From Octopus bimaculoides (lineage: Eukaryota), in contig NC_068983.1 of the NCBI RefSeq assembly GCF_001194135.2, positions 10,384,457-10,448,456 of the forward strand: a stretch of 64,000 nucleotides of DNA, written 5' to 3'. Every line of letters begins with the position of its first letter. Position 1 is the stretch's first letter. Shown in pieces: positions 13,296 to 26,409 of this stretch. Under the pieces are notes generated by a model, which was not told the origin of the DNA, ran no database searches, and saw only the letters and a list, made by a program, of their open reading frames with translations. Made by a program: the position numbers and the translations under genes.

Positions 13296-15784
13296 GGTAT
13301 TTAATACAGTAAATTGTGTAATTCTCTAAAATAAAATATTAAAGGAAAGTTTTAAATCTAAGCTTATATAACCAGTTTTCTTTGTTCCTCAGAAGACTGC
13401 TCTAGTATATTTTGTGTTTCACATACAACTGGTATTTTTATGAGGGAAAAAAAGAGTACTGGTAATTGAACAAAATATAAGGTTCTTATATATACATATA
13501 TTTNNNNNNNNNNTTTTTTTTTTTTTTTTTTTTTTTTGAATCCTATTTATTTCTCCCTTCCTACTTTTCCTCATGCCTGCCTCTTATCTGTCTGTCTTTG
13601 TATGTATGTACATAACTAGGCATATGCATGCTTGCATGTATGTGTGTATATATATAATGTTATATATAAGAACTACATAAGCTGCTTTCTTTTTCTTTCT
13701 TCATTTGAGCACTAATGGATTCTTGTATGTTTCTGGAGTTTGTGAAGCAGGGAACTAAATATTAAAAAAAAAAAAAATTCTAAAGCAGGACATCCTAACA
13801 AGAGCATCAGCTGCTATATTTGCTTAAATAGAAAACAACAACAAACAACCCCAAAACAAAATTATTTCAATAACAAAATTAAATCTCCCCCAATTACAGA
13901 AGAAAAAAAAAAGTGAATGGGGAAGAAACTGTCAAAATGACTGTCCTTTGAAACCTCTCTGCACTATTTCTGGAATGTATTCAAAGATGAAGACAACAGT
14001 GGTTAAAAAACAACCAGTCTGTGGATGTATGTGGACAAATTAGATTGAATCTGTGTCCAAACTGTAAGATTAAAACATTACTATTATGAAATAGTGTTTC
14101 TTCAGTATAACTTTTTTTTCTTTAATTATTTGTTATTTTATTTTTTTAGGCAACTAAAATCCTCATCAGAGTTTCTGGGTGTAACTTATTGTCTTAAAGG
14201 TTAGAATATGGAGGTTTCTTGGTTATGCAATGACTATAAATCATTCTGACTTGCCTTTTTTTTTTCTGTTTTTTTTTTTTTTTGTCCCTACTCCCTTTCT
14301 CCTCGTCTCATAGATATATTTTATAAAACATCACAAACTTTTTTTCTCCCTCTTCTTTATTGTATTTTTTTTTTATGCATTGGCCTGTTTTCTAATTTGT
14401 CTTTTTGTTTTTCCAATGTTTAACAAATTTGCTTCAATCATGTACAGTTAGTTTAATTACATTTTGCACATATTATTCTAATTTTCCATTGTTTGCCCCT
14501 TTTTACTTAAGATTTCCTAAAGACATGCCCCTATGATCTTTATTTTTATTTTTAAGAACAGCCTTAATCATGCAATGTATAAAAAATATCGTCCAGTAAC
14601 TGGTTATTTTTAGGCTTTATTATTATTATTACTATTATTATTAAATAGAAAGATTAGCTGAAAAATATCCTCTCCCTCCCTCCAATATTGTTGACTCATG
14701 ATAGCCTTACAAAGTAACTCCTATACGAGGCCATCGTGACTGTTGTTGATAAAGGTTTACTAAAACAAAACTAATATTCTTCAATGAAAAGAATTCTGAA
14801 TAAGTTGAGCATCTATAATTTTTTTAACCTCACTAATTCTGCCTATAGTTCTAAATTTGTTTCTTGAAAGAAGATAAATTAGACCAACACTCTTCAATAT
14901 AATTTTTTTTCTTTATTCTGTTATAAACAGAACAAAATCTAAAGCTGATTTTCTTTAAAAAAAAAAACTCACCAAAAAAAAGGGGGGAAAAAAACCACCT
15001 CAACAAAAATTGATTTGTTTATTAAATGATTTTTGTTCTCCTTCTGTTGTTGTTATTTATATATAATTTTCCATTTTTTCTTTTGCATTGTTCTTTCCTT
15101 GTTAATTTCTGCTTTTCCAAAGAAATTCCTGTATTTTTTCACAATTTTGTTCTCATTAAAAAGAAAATTCTTCTCTAGAAGAAACTGTTTATTTTTGCCA
15201 TCCTCAGTTTTTCATTGTTCAGTAGCACTAGTCAACTTTGTTTGCACTAGGTAGACACATGCAATAACTTGTTTATAGGTTGAGCACTGCAGACTTTCTC
15301 AGCTGATAGTCCTTGAGTATAAAATGCTGTTTTTCATTGAACATGCTTTGTGAAGATTAAATATACAATGGTCACTCTTTTGAACCACAAAATTCAAGCT
15401 AGAGTACATTGTGTTGGAAGAGCTTTGTAAGAAAAAAAAGTCATGCGTTTCATTAGGTAATATCTACAATAATCCAATCTTGGATTTAATGATCTTGTTG
15501 ACTTTAGCCAGTAACTATCCATTGCAAAGTGAAGTGAACTAGTATTGTGGACTATCACTTGGAGTAAGAGAAGATATGGGTTCATATTGTGGCTATTTAT
15601 ATGGTGTCACTTCCCTTGTTCTGTCTATAACAAATTTTTCAAAATGGTACATGCAAGACACCTTAATGTAAATAGCAGCCTTGAAGATTTGGCTGCTCTT
15701 TCTAGCTATAAAGATATGTTCAGTGCTAAATGTGACATACAACATCAACAGAAGAAATATATGCAATAAGTATAGAAAAGACAC

Positions 15785-15790
15785 TTTATT
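15785..15790 (-). terminator. Candidate MED11 polyadenylation signal AATAAA
   Basis: tttatt on + strand about 480 nt downstream of the MED11 stop codon. Confidence 0.5.
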
Positions 15791-16267
15791 TCATAAAATT
15801 AAGTCTTTTGATAATGATTCTTTAGATGTAATGACAACTTTAGGGATATGATGGTGCATTTAAGATTAATGCAGGGACTGATGTTGAAGCTGAAACCAGA
15901 CTGGAGAATCTAACAGCCAAGAATTTATTGTGATTGATTTCTTCAAAGGCTTTTAGGAAGAAGGGAAATATTTTGTATAAGAAATCAATGTATATAGTCT
16001 ATGAAAAACTGGTCTGATGCATTGTCTCTTTGGGCAAGAATCTTATTTACCAAAAGTTCCATGCCCTTTTTCTAAAATCCCTACATGCTTCAATCTTAAT
16101 TCACATTCTTTTTTTCTTGACATGCCAGCATGGAAAACAGATGTTAAATGATGATGATGAAAGCAGATAATCACTCCTTAGAGAAATGATAGTCTCATGT
16201 GAATCCTGGATTGATATGGTACTTACTATATCAAATTAAGTCCAGCTTCCCATATTGCTAATTTAGC

Positions 16268-19200
16268 TTAAATCTGTGATGATTGAAATAGCTTGCGCAT
16301 GCCAGAGCCTTGTGGAGAAGATGCAAGGTAACCATGTAAATGTTCATTGTGAATTTTTTCAAGTTCATTAAGTCTGCTTTTGACATGTTCAACTCTATGC
16401 ATGGCCATCAGGAGATCTTTCTGTGCTGCATAACAAGAACCTTCATGGGGTTGACCTGCAAGCAATGAGATATGTAAATAAGTATAAAGTTAAGAGGCAC
16501 AGTGCTACATTGAAAAAAAAAGATTCAATTTTATACGGAAGAAAGTACGATTGTGGATAAAAGTGGCTAAAACAGGGTTTCTCTGAAGGATTTCTGGAAT
16601 AACATTACTCAACATGACATGTTGCTCAGAGTTCAGGGAGTCCTTCCAGTTCAAGTTGTTTCTTCACATTAAGAGGTCACAGCTCTTGTGCTACAGACAT
16701 GCAATTAGAATGTCGCAGGAAGGAATTGCAAGATGGAGTCGACCAAGAATGAAATAGTTGGATAATATCCATAATCTCAGTTACTCACCCCTAGAAAGTC
16801 TGACAGATGCTTCTGAAAGGACAGTGGAGGAAATGCTTGAGAACTCTACCCCCATAACTCTCCTAGGAATAGTAAACAAAAAAGATAGATTAACAGTACC
16901 ACCTATAGTACTATAAGTGAAGTTCACTCTGTTGCAATCTGTCAAACCATATTTTTCCCTATATGTTCAGGATGTACCAGTCTGAGAGAACATGCAAAGG
17001 TCATGAATATTATCACCTTTCTCAGATTAAGCTCTAAAAAAACTAGATTTAATCAGTCTGATTATCACCAGTTGGAATGTAAGCAAGTTCACTCATGCAC
17101 ACAAGCCAGGTTGTATACAGTCTATAGTCACTCAAAGTAAAACCAGTGGTAGAGACATCTATGCATTGCATTACAGAATAACCTAATTCAATACAAAGGA
17201 GTGATAAATAGCCTAAACTAGGTTGACTGAAACATGTAAAGTAATTTATTAGCAACAAAGTTGAAATATTTTTAAACCAGCTCAACCTGGCTCAGGACTA
17301 TGCTAGCAGCAGTTTTTAAACAGATTTAAACCAGTATCACGACTCAGTAATCTGTACTCACAACAGAGTCCAATAAACTTGTGTAAACTAGTACCATCAG
17401 ACTCAATAATGTACTAGCAACGGGGTTTAAACATGTCTAAGCCATCACCCTATGGTTCATTTGTTCCAATTCATTGCAATTATTATATTCTTAATCCATT
17501 ACCTCAGTTTGCCTAGTTATCAGGAGCTGGTACCAGTCATATTATTAGGAATGTTATCTGTAATGTATTGCCACCCCATCCTTGTTCACTCAATGCCATG
17601 AAACCAGAGCTGAACCACAACCCTTACAAAAACCCCTTGGGATTAAGAATTTACATTTTCTTGATCTAATCTAGCAAAAAGATGCACTCATAAGCCAACA
17701 TGGAAGCATCTACATGCCATGCTAGAAACAGCAGCCAAAATTTCCCTCAAGTCACACCCTTCTACTTTTAAAAATTAAAGATAATAGTCAGAGAAACACT
17801 GAAAAGAATAATGGTCATAGCTGGGGCCCCTTATATCATTGGCCTGTTCTACCAGAGCTGTAGCAACAACAACAGAGGCACTATTAACAATCCCACAAAC
17901 AGCAACCACATTAGGTTGAAATACCCAACCTAGATTACTTAGGTGGATTAAATGTACCACTATATGAGAAAACATCTAGTTACTTTGTAAAATAATCTAG
18001 GATTAAATTTAATAAAAAACAGGCAAATTTGAGGGCTAAAGTTTCATGAATTCAACTTTATTGGGTTTCACCAGTTTTCATGCACCCAATATCACACTGT
18101 CTAGTCAGATTGTCTACAATTTTACAATTTGTATGCTATAGCTAAGGATATCCACTATCTTACAAAAATATTTATATTTCTTATTAAATAAGCACAGGCA
18201 TGGCTGTGTGGTAAGAAGTTTACTTCTCAACCACATGATTTTGGGTTCAATTCTATGTCACACCTTAGGTAAATGTCTTCTACTATAACTCCAGGCTGAC
18301 CAAAGCCTTGTGAATGGATTTGGTAAGAATATCTAGTAATTAATCTCAAGGCATGTATAACAGTAACTTAGTCAAAACAAAAAAGTAATGTCTATAGCAA
18401 AACTCACTCGTAAACTGGTGTTCGCTTCGTCATTTCATCTTTTTTTACATAATACAATAAATTACAACATATAGCCCAAACATTAAAACTATACATACAT
18501 GTATGCAAAATAGCTTTGAGATTAAGTATTGGTCTGTAGACTACATGGTAAAGAGTTCAAGTTGTTTGACAGCTAGTACATTATGACCCTATGTAAATCA
18601 TATCAGACTAAATGAAAATAGGACCATCTCTACTGTATGAAGAGTGGAAAGATTTACAAGAAAATAGCCATATTCAACACTAACATGATCAGATTGATAT
18701 AAAACAACAGTGTTATCTACTAATATTTTGTAGGCAATGAAGGAACTATGATTGTGGGTTTTATAGGTCATCCAACACTGGAGAAGGAGGTCAATGTCTG
18801 AAAACACTTGAAGAGAGAGAATTCCAATGAATTGCAGGGGAAGATTGACTATTTTGTGCTGTGTTTGGAAGAGGGTAAGGAGGATGGGATGGGCAGATAT
18901 ATGGAGCTAACAAGAACAAGGTAAGAAGCAATTATAGGAGAAGAAACAGTATATCCATGAAGTTAATAATAAAGTTAGATGTTTAATGTACTGCACAATA
19001 CAACTATTCAAAAAGTCAACTGTTCATAGACAAGACATATAATATTTAATGGTCCCTCATTGTAAACAAACAGCACCAGTGCTGGGAAATCGACAAGCAT
19101 CTTGTTGATTAGCAAGACTGAGTCAGTTCTTACCACAGGAAAAGTTACAAATGAATAGATCAGGGAAACTTTACCTCGTAAGATAACCATGAATAAAAAG

Positions 19201-19734
19201 TTCAGTTTGCTACCACATGGTTTGTGGTTCAGTCTCACAGCAAGGCATCTTGCACAAGTGTCTTCTATTACCTCAGGCCAACCCATAACTTGCAAGCGAA
19301 TTGGTAGGTGAAACTAAATGGAAACTGTCTGTCTCTCTCTCATATATATATACTCTTTTACTCGTTTCAGTCGTTTAACTGTGGCCATGCTGGAGCACCA
19401 CCTTTAGTCGAGCAAATCGACCCCAGGACTTATTCTTTGTAAGCCTAGTACTTATTCTATCGGTCTCTTTTGCCGAACCGCTAAGTTACGGGGACTTAAA
19501 CACACCAGCATCGGTTGTCAAGCAATGGTGGGGGAACAGACACACAAACATACACAGACACATACATATATACGACAGGCTTCTTTCAGTTTCTGTCTAC
19601 CAAATTCACTCACAAGGCTTTGGTCGGCCCGAGGCTATAGTAGAAGACACTTGCCCAAGATGCTACACAGTGGGAATGAACCCGGAACCATGTTGTTGGT
19701 AAGCAAACTACTTACCACACAGCCACTCCTGCGC

Positions 19735-19779
<45 letters not shown>

Positions 19780-22700
19780 GTGTCTGAGCACATACACATG
19801 CATGTACATGTTTTCCCACATGAAATTGTTTTGGTAAAAATAACTGTTTACATTCCTAAACATCACATCCTGTAGCTGTGCACTCTCTAAATAGTGGAGT
19901 AAGAAAAGAAATACCTTACTTGTAAAATAAGTAAGGATTAGTGACAGCAAAAGCATCTTAGCCATAAAAATGCAGCCTCAACCAAGTCCCCCTTCCAATC
20001 TATGATATAATGGAGCCCTGTTTACAAGTGCACTTTTAATTGTACACATTATGGATTAAGCAGTTGTGTTATTGATGTTCAACAAAGTGTAACTGAGGTA
20101 GTCAAACATTACTTCAATTTCTATGTATAATAAAACAAGCTGAAGAAATACAGCATTCTACAGTTTGAATTAACAATTAGAATTTATCCAAAAAGCAAAG
20201 CTTTATTTCTATATCAACATCATCCCATAATTATGACCCAACAAAGGAGCCTGTGCATAATCAACTGACCTGCTAGAAATAGCAGCCAAATCTCCATAAA
20301 ATCATACCCGGTGTTGTCACTGATTGAATGACTTTGCAACACAGAGCTTCTTTAATTGTTTAGATCATGACTTTGAAACTCAATATTCCTGAAACCGTTC
20401 TCAGCACTTCTTTCTAGGTCTTCCATTGTATGTTTATTGTACTTCAGGAAGCCACTGCACTATCACCTTACAGCACTCATTCACTAAGCATGTACGAGAG
20501 GAGTTCAGTAACTTAAATGATTCATCAAATTGTGCAACCAATTTATGCAAGGGAGACAACCACATTGGTTGGCACAACACCTGAACGAAGATGCCTGGTG
20601 AGAAAGGTACAAGATGTCCATGGTACACGAAGACATAAAAGGCTTTTGACTTGAGAATGTAGTATTGAGATATGTGAGATCATTGCTAAGGGAGGAAATT
20701 GAATACAAAGCTAATGTTGATATACACAAAATGTCTTGAAATCAGAAAGAACTAAAAAAAAAGTAAGAAACAAAAATTTATGAAGACACTAAAATAAGTT
20801 TCATCATCATCATAGTTTAACGTCCGCTTTCCACGCTAGCATGGGTTGGACGATCTGACTGAGGACTGGAGAAACCAGATGGCTACACCAGGCTCCAATC
20901 TGATTTGGCAGAGTTTCTACAGCTGGATGCCCTTCCTAATGCCAACCACTCCGAGAGTGTAGTGGGTGCTTTTATGAAAGTTCTAATAGGAAGGGCATCC
21001 AGCCGTAGAAACCATGCCAAATAAGGTGGGGAGCTGGCAGAAACGTTAGCACGCCGGGCGAAATGCTTAGCAGTATTTCGTCAGTCGTTACGTTCTGAGT
21101 TCAAATTCCGCCGAGGTCGACTTTGCCATTCATCCTTTCGGGGTCGATAAATTAAGTACCAGTTACACACTGGGGTTAATGTAATCAACTTAATCCCTTT
21201 GTCTGTCCTTGTTTGTCCCCTCTACGTTTAGCCCCTTGTGGGCAATAAAGAAATAAGAAACCATGCCAAATCAGACTGGAATTCGGTGCAGCCCCCAGCT
21301 TACCAGCCCTGGTCAAACCGCCCAACCCATGCCAGCATGGACAACGGACGTTAAATGATAATGATGAATAAACTAAAAGCAGAGAACTGTTTGAAGACAG
21401 CATTAAAAGAAAATGGTTGGATGTATTTATGTGTGTCTGTTTAAGCCATTTGTGAAGTATAACTGTATGAATTCCTCAGACAGAATCAGCGTGACTTGAG
21501 GCTTTGCCCAAGATGCCATGTGGTCGGAGTGAATCTGGGACCTCATATTAAAAAATATATATACATAAATATATATATATACATACACATATATCACCCA
21601 CTACACTCTCTGAGTGGTTGGCGTTAAGAAGGGCATCCAGCTGTAGAAACTCTGCCAAATCAGATTGGAGCCTGGTGTAGCCATCTGGTTTCACCAGTCC
21701 TCAGTCAGATCGTCCAACCCATGCTAGCATGGAAAGCGGACGTTAAATGACGACGACGATGATGAATGTTCATGGTGAACATGCTGAGTATAAATTGATA
21801 TTGAATGTATTGTGTATGTTCATAATCAAAAGAAAAGACTAAAAGTATTTAGACTAGTAAGAGTTAAGACTAGGATTTTAGTTGCTATTTATGATCATGA
21901 TGATGATGAGGAGGAGGAGGAGAATGTCACAGAAATTAATAATAAAAATATGCCTGTGTCAATGTAAAATCTCACTTACCTGTAGACACCTGAGTGAGAT
22001 AGTTGATTTGCTTTGTAAGTCCAATCTCAACACTTTCAAGTGTTTTAATGAAGCTGGTAGTGTGACTTTCCACTTGCTTCATACTTGGTTTGTCTTTGGA
22101 TAGTTCTTGCAGAGCTTGACCTTAAATTAGAGAGGATTTTGAAGAGCAATTAATGATTAAGAAAGTAAAAAGTAAAATTAAGGTACTTATTTCTGTAAAA
22201 TGTTACATATACCTTACACAGCAAAGATTGAAGGGGTTTTTTTTGTATGTATGTATCGAAGGAAATGACAAGTAACAAGACACTGTCATACAACCCATAC
22301 ACATGAAAAGAAAAAAAAAACAGATGTAAAATAATGATGATAATGATCATCGTCGTTATTGAGTTAATGTCTTCTTGCCCATGCTTGCATGGGCTCAATG
22401 GCAATTGTTGAAGCAAACTTTCTACAGCCAGATGCACTTCCTGTTGCCAACCCTCATCTAATTCCAAACAAGATATTTTCCCATGGGCAGACATAGTTTC
22501 ACAGAAGACTAGAAATGAAAAACACAACTTGTATGATGGTGACACTCATTAACAACTATCACATGATGCCAAGACAAAGAGACAGAAACTCATACACACA
22601 CACAAGCTTATATTTCCGTCAGTTTCCATCAACCAAATCCATTCACAAGGCTTTGGTTGGCCTGGGGCTATTGTAGAAGACAAATGCTCAAAAAGCCATG

Positions 22701-23076
22701 TTAGTGGGATTGAACCCAGAACCATGTGATTTGGAAGCAAGCTTCTTAACCACACACCTAAGCCTGCACCTAATTGTGTGTGTGTGTGAGGGTGCATGGC
22801 TTAGTGGTTAGGGTACTGCACACACGATCTAGCAATCATGATTTCAATTCCTCGACCAAGTGATGTGTTGCAAAACACTTCATCCCACCTTGCTCTGCGA
22901 TCACTTCGACACCCGACACATGGTACACCTGTGTGCACCTGTTCAGACAACATTGATTTGATGGAGAGAGTGAGCTAATGTGCATCACTACAAACATTCG
23001 ATCACTATAAACAAATCCCTTGTGTAGGTCATTCAGCAAAAGCTTAATGCCCATACATTGTCTTCAACCGGAGAGT

Positions 23077-23118
<42 letters not shown>

Positions 23119-25433
23119 AATTTTATAATTATAAGCATAATTATAATTAGGATTCAGCAAAATTGCTTCACCACATACTGAAATTTAGAAATAGCAGTTC
23201 AATACTATTCCACTACCATAAGATATCTCCCAGACAGTAATACTCCAAACTCATACAGGCAAAGAGAAAAAAAAATCAAAGTCGGGTGGATTTGTTATTT
23301 TTTTCTCTTTGCCTATGTGAGTTGGGAGTATTGCTGTCTGGGAGATATATTATGGTAGTGGAATAGAATTTAACTGCTATTTCTAAATTTCAGTATTTAT
23401 GAGAGTGAGGCAATAACAGAGGTATCAAATTGTTGGACCAGGTCAAGAAAATTATAGAAAGAGTTATTTTGCAATTGATCAGGAAGAGAATTAGTGATGA
23501 AATGTGGTTTGGCATTGTACTAGGAGGAGATACTACCATGCTATATTCCAAGAGATAAGTATAGTAGTACATATCTAGGAGTAAGCTCCTATACTGAGTA
23601 TTTGTAGGGCCAGAGAAAGCCTTTGACTGGATTCTGTTTTGTAATTTGGTGCTCCCTAACTAGATAAATGGCTTGTGGCAATTACACTAGCCATATATAG
23701 AGATACAGTCAGTGATACAATGATAAATTTAGCCTGCAGGTTAAGTGTCCATCAGGTCTCAGTCCTCTCCTATTTATTGTTATATTACAGACCATACAGA
23801 AGTGTTTAAAACTGGCTGTCTGTAGCAACTCTCAGGATGGCCATAGTTGGAATACCTCTGATCGTTAGTCTGCTCAGTTATGGTGCTAAAGAACAATAAC
23901 TATCTTGCTAACAAAACAATCACTCCAGACGGTCCTCCATAAATTAATTGTCAGCTTGCTACATTCACCTCATTAGTCTCAGAGAGCTTACAAAGGTTAC
24001 AAGCATCTCCCTATATATATACACAACGGGCTTCTTTCAGTTTCTGTCTACCAAATTCACTCACAAGGCTTTGGTCGGCCTGTGGCTATAATAGGAAACA
24101 CTCGCCCAAGGTGCCCCGCAGTGGGACTGAACCCGGTATCATGTGGTTGGTAAGCAAGCTACTTACCACACAGCCTCTCCTACGAATTTTTATTGCCTAT
24201 CAGAATGTGCAGTATGGTTTTCTGTTAAGTGCACGTATGACATAACCACAGAAACACACACAGATTTGCCAGGTGCCCTTTGCTGTTTGACCAACTACCT
24301 GCTTGCTTAATTAAAAATAACCTGTGACTACATAACTTATTTCTATGATCCTCACTTCATTTAGTTGCAGGCTAATTTAAGTTCTCCAGCAGTTTCGATT
24401 CGAAGCCGTTAATTGCTTTCAGAGAAAAACATCACAATTGCTCATTTCTCTTTCCTCTAAAATGCTTAGCAAAATGTAACCAACATAAAACTGATTCCTC
24501 TAATATCTTCAAAACTGAAATTCTATGTAAATAACTCAATGGTCAACGGCGGTTTCATTAATTACCATTTAATTACTTTTAACATCTTTTACGTGTAAAG
24601 TTCTTCTTACTGTACGTCATAGAAGTAGAAATGGTAAAATATTACTGAAAACCAAATTTTGAAAATACACATGGAATTGCTAATCGGTGAAATTAAATAC
24701 AATAGAAACAGGTAATAATCTAGTTTGCACAAATTTTTTTCCATATTTTCTCATAAATTTTTAAAGCTAATTACACTTGAGTGAAAAATTTTAGAATTAT
24801 ATTAGAAAAATATTAATTCCGAAATATATATAAATTAATAAATAAACGAAAGTTTGTAACAATGATTTTTGCGTAAGTTTTAATATTCTTTTCTACTTTA
24901 GGCACAAGGCCAGAAATTTGGCGGGGGGGGGGGGAATCGATTACATCGACCCCAGTACACGACTGGTACTTAATTCATCGAAAGGATGAAAGGCAAAGTC
25001 GACCTCGGCGGAATTTGAACTCAGAACGTAAAGACAGATGAAATACTGCTAAGCATTTCGTGCAAACGTTTCTGCCGCCGCGAAAGTCTTTAATAATTAA
25101 AGCTAAAATAAACAAACATGGATTTGACAAAAAACATGACAATACAACGAAATAAGCCCTATGTGATGTCTTGGTCACCTAAACAGTAACCGAATTTGAA
25201 TCGAAGGATACCTTACTGTCTTTTAAAAACGAAATTACACAAGACAATGTATTTTTATTCAACAGAAATATCCAAGAAGAACCGTCAAGGCTGGAATAAT
25301 TTGGTTCCAAACAACAACCAGCAATGCAATGTGACATTATAAGGAATTACGAACCTGAACTATGAATTGCTGTAGCTATATCACGCTCAATCATTTCAAG
25401 TTGACGAAGTCTTTCTACTGGACCGGATCCCAT
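16268..25433 (-). CDS. MED11: Mediator of RNA polymerase II transcription subunit 11; 3 coding exons 25433-25355, 22120-21980, 16455-16268; 135 aa
   Basis: Phases match (1,1) and splice sites are canonical. Translation: MGSGPVERLRQLEMIERDIATAIHSS-GQALQELSKDKPSMKQVESHTTSFIKTLESVEIGLTKQINYLTQVST-GQPHEGSCYAAQKDLLMAMHRVEHVKSRLNELEK... It carries the MED11 signature YLTQV[A/S]TGQPHEGS. Confidence 0.95.
23175..23396. repeat. Foldback/MITE-like inverted repeat (~106-bp arms, ~10-nt spacer) in MED11 intron 1
   Basis: 23175-23280 is the approximate (~90%) reverse complement of 23291-23396. Confidence 0.9.
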
Positions 25434-25499
25434 TGTGGGGCAGATATATTTTAATTAGTTACTTTCGTCTTTTAATTAAATTTTTCACAGAAACACAGA

Positions 25500-25555
25500 A
25501 AATGGTCAGAACGGAAGAAGCATGGCGTCCAGTTGCATTGTGGGTAATTTGGGAA
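25500..25555 (-). promoter_or_regulatory. MED11 proximal promoter region with ZNF143/Staf-like, ETS-like and YY1-like motifs
   Basis: TACCCACAATGCA on - strand (25546-25534), CGGAAG at 25512-25517 and ATGGCG at 25522-25527, 70-110 bp upstream of the ATG in a locally CpG-richer patch. Confidence 0.5.
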
Positions 25556-26112
25556 TCCGTGGTCATCTCCCTTTATCAATTTTTTTTTTAGGTTTCTTGA
25601 GAATGCAATTATAATACACAATGAAATTATTGTACACAGTACTCAGGTGAGCTACAATTAATCAGAAAAAGAAGCCAAAAATGCATTAACAGAACATAGC
25701 ATAATGCACAGGAAGTGAACAGTGAATCATGTGAGGTTATGGCAAGAAGACCATATAGTACAAATATACACACTGACATATGTGTATACACAACAGTTTT
25801 CCCCACTGTTTCCATCAACCAAATTCAGTCACAAGGCATAGATTAGCCTGAGGCTACAGTAGCAGACACTCACCCAAGGGGAGCAGATTCAAAACCACAC
25901 TACTCGACTGACCCAAACCCACATGGTTGCTAAGAGTGCTTCTTAACCACACAGCCATACCTGCAGCAGTAATGCATATCAATTAAATGTTAGCTGAGGT
26001 TGTTTAGCCCCAAGTCAATCCTAATTTGTAGACTAATAATAGAAGATATCCCAGCCATGACCATCCAGTTTATATTAATCAATGTTGCTGTTCCTTTTTT
26101 AATACATTAAAG

Positions 26113-26409
26113 CAGGGGTTTTCAAACTTATTGACTTGTGGACCCCTTTATATTTCAGGCTTTACCTTAGGGACCCCCTTATAAACGCTTATGAAATTTA
26201 TACATAAATATTTGCTTAAAATAACATATATTTTTACATTTATTTATTTAACAGTATTTAACAAATAGGTTTATTGTCAATTAAAAGATTTCGATTAAAA
26301 AACATATATAAAATCAAATTGCCCATAAAAAGTATTTGCTGTCCACGGACCCCCTGTCTTGTCCTTGCGGACCCCCTGTGGTCCACGGATCACAGTTTGA
26401 AAACCCCTG
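26113..26409. mobile_element. hAT-family MITE (297 bp)
   Basis: Perfect 16-bp TIR CAGGGGTTTTCAAACT / AGTTTGAAAACCCCTG and perfect 8-bp TSD CATTAAAG (26105-26112, 26410-26417). Subterminal ggacccc repeats. Confidence 0.95.

Noticed and set aside
16789-18488. Two exon-like segments on - (18488-18408, 16862-16789) that chain in frame into the MED11 last exon
   Set aside because: The true MED11 exon 2 (22120-21980) joins exon 3 directly and gives the conserved TGQPHEGS motif. These segments are phase-incompatible with it and resemble no protein I know. 16862-16789 could at most be a poison exon and would need RNA-seq support.
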